64,000 nucleotides of DNA, taken from positions 43,278,001 through 43,342,000 of the forward strand of contig NC_045696.1 of the NCBI RefSeq assembly GCF_009834535.1, read 5' to 3'. Below are positions 63,611 to 64,000 of this stretch, piece after piece. Source of the DNA: Camelus ferus (lineage: Eukaryota). The notes under the pieces are model-generated. The model was not told the DNA's origin and made no database searches. It worked only from the letters and a program-made list of their open reading frames with translations. Each line of letters begins with the position of its first letter. Position 1 is the first letter of the stretch. The position numbers and the translations under genes are program-made.

Positions 63611-64000
63611 GAGAAACAGGATAAAACCATTTTCTTTCAGCACCATGGATGGCCCCAGCTCCTTCCTCTTCCATGGAAAATATTTCTGTAATTGTTTCCC
63701 ATTCCTCTTCTACATCATTCTGCTATTCAGATAAATGCTACCTGACTTGCGGTGTAAACCAACAGAACAGTTTGAACTGCCGCCCAGGTAATAATCTCTA
63801 CAAAAGCAAGAACCACCCTCTGTTATTCAAACTGTCACAGAAAAGTTCTGAAAAACAGCATGATGAAGCGTAACTTACACTTCTCTCCTCTGAAGAAGGC
63901 TTTTTCCTCTCTAGGAAGTCTTACTGAAATCTTGGCTTTGGTTTCCATTCTATGGCCTAAGGAGTTTCCTTCTCTCATGAGAGGGGTTAGTTATTTAGTA

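Overview
AT-rich, CpG-depleted placental mammal genomic DNA that looks like a gene desert or a large intron. The youngest LINE-1 looks cetartiodactyl and probably camelid (an inference from memory of L1 3'UTRs). I recognised no cellular protein-coding gene, tRNA, rRNA or CRISPR array. Roughly half the window is transposon-derived: old L1M, L2 and MIR copies, MaLR/ERVL LTRs, an ERVL pol remnant, hAT MITEs, a probable Tigger remnant and one young 5'-truncated L1. The most structured feature is a 5.2-kb non-autonomous class I (ERV1, MER4-group-like) provirus on the minus strand at 27025-32241. It has both LTRs, a degenerate tRNA-Arg primer-binding site, a frameshifted gag matrix remnant, an AT-rich filler instead of pol, an env TM immunosuppressive-domain remnant and a polypurine tract. 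Several repeat-free blocks look like conserved enhancers, and there are two candidate cryptic exons. Repeat family names come from my recall of consensus sequences, not a database search. I found no convincing evidence of a new biological system.
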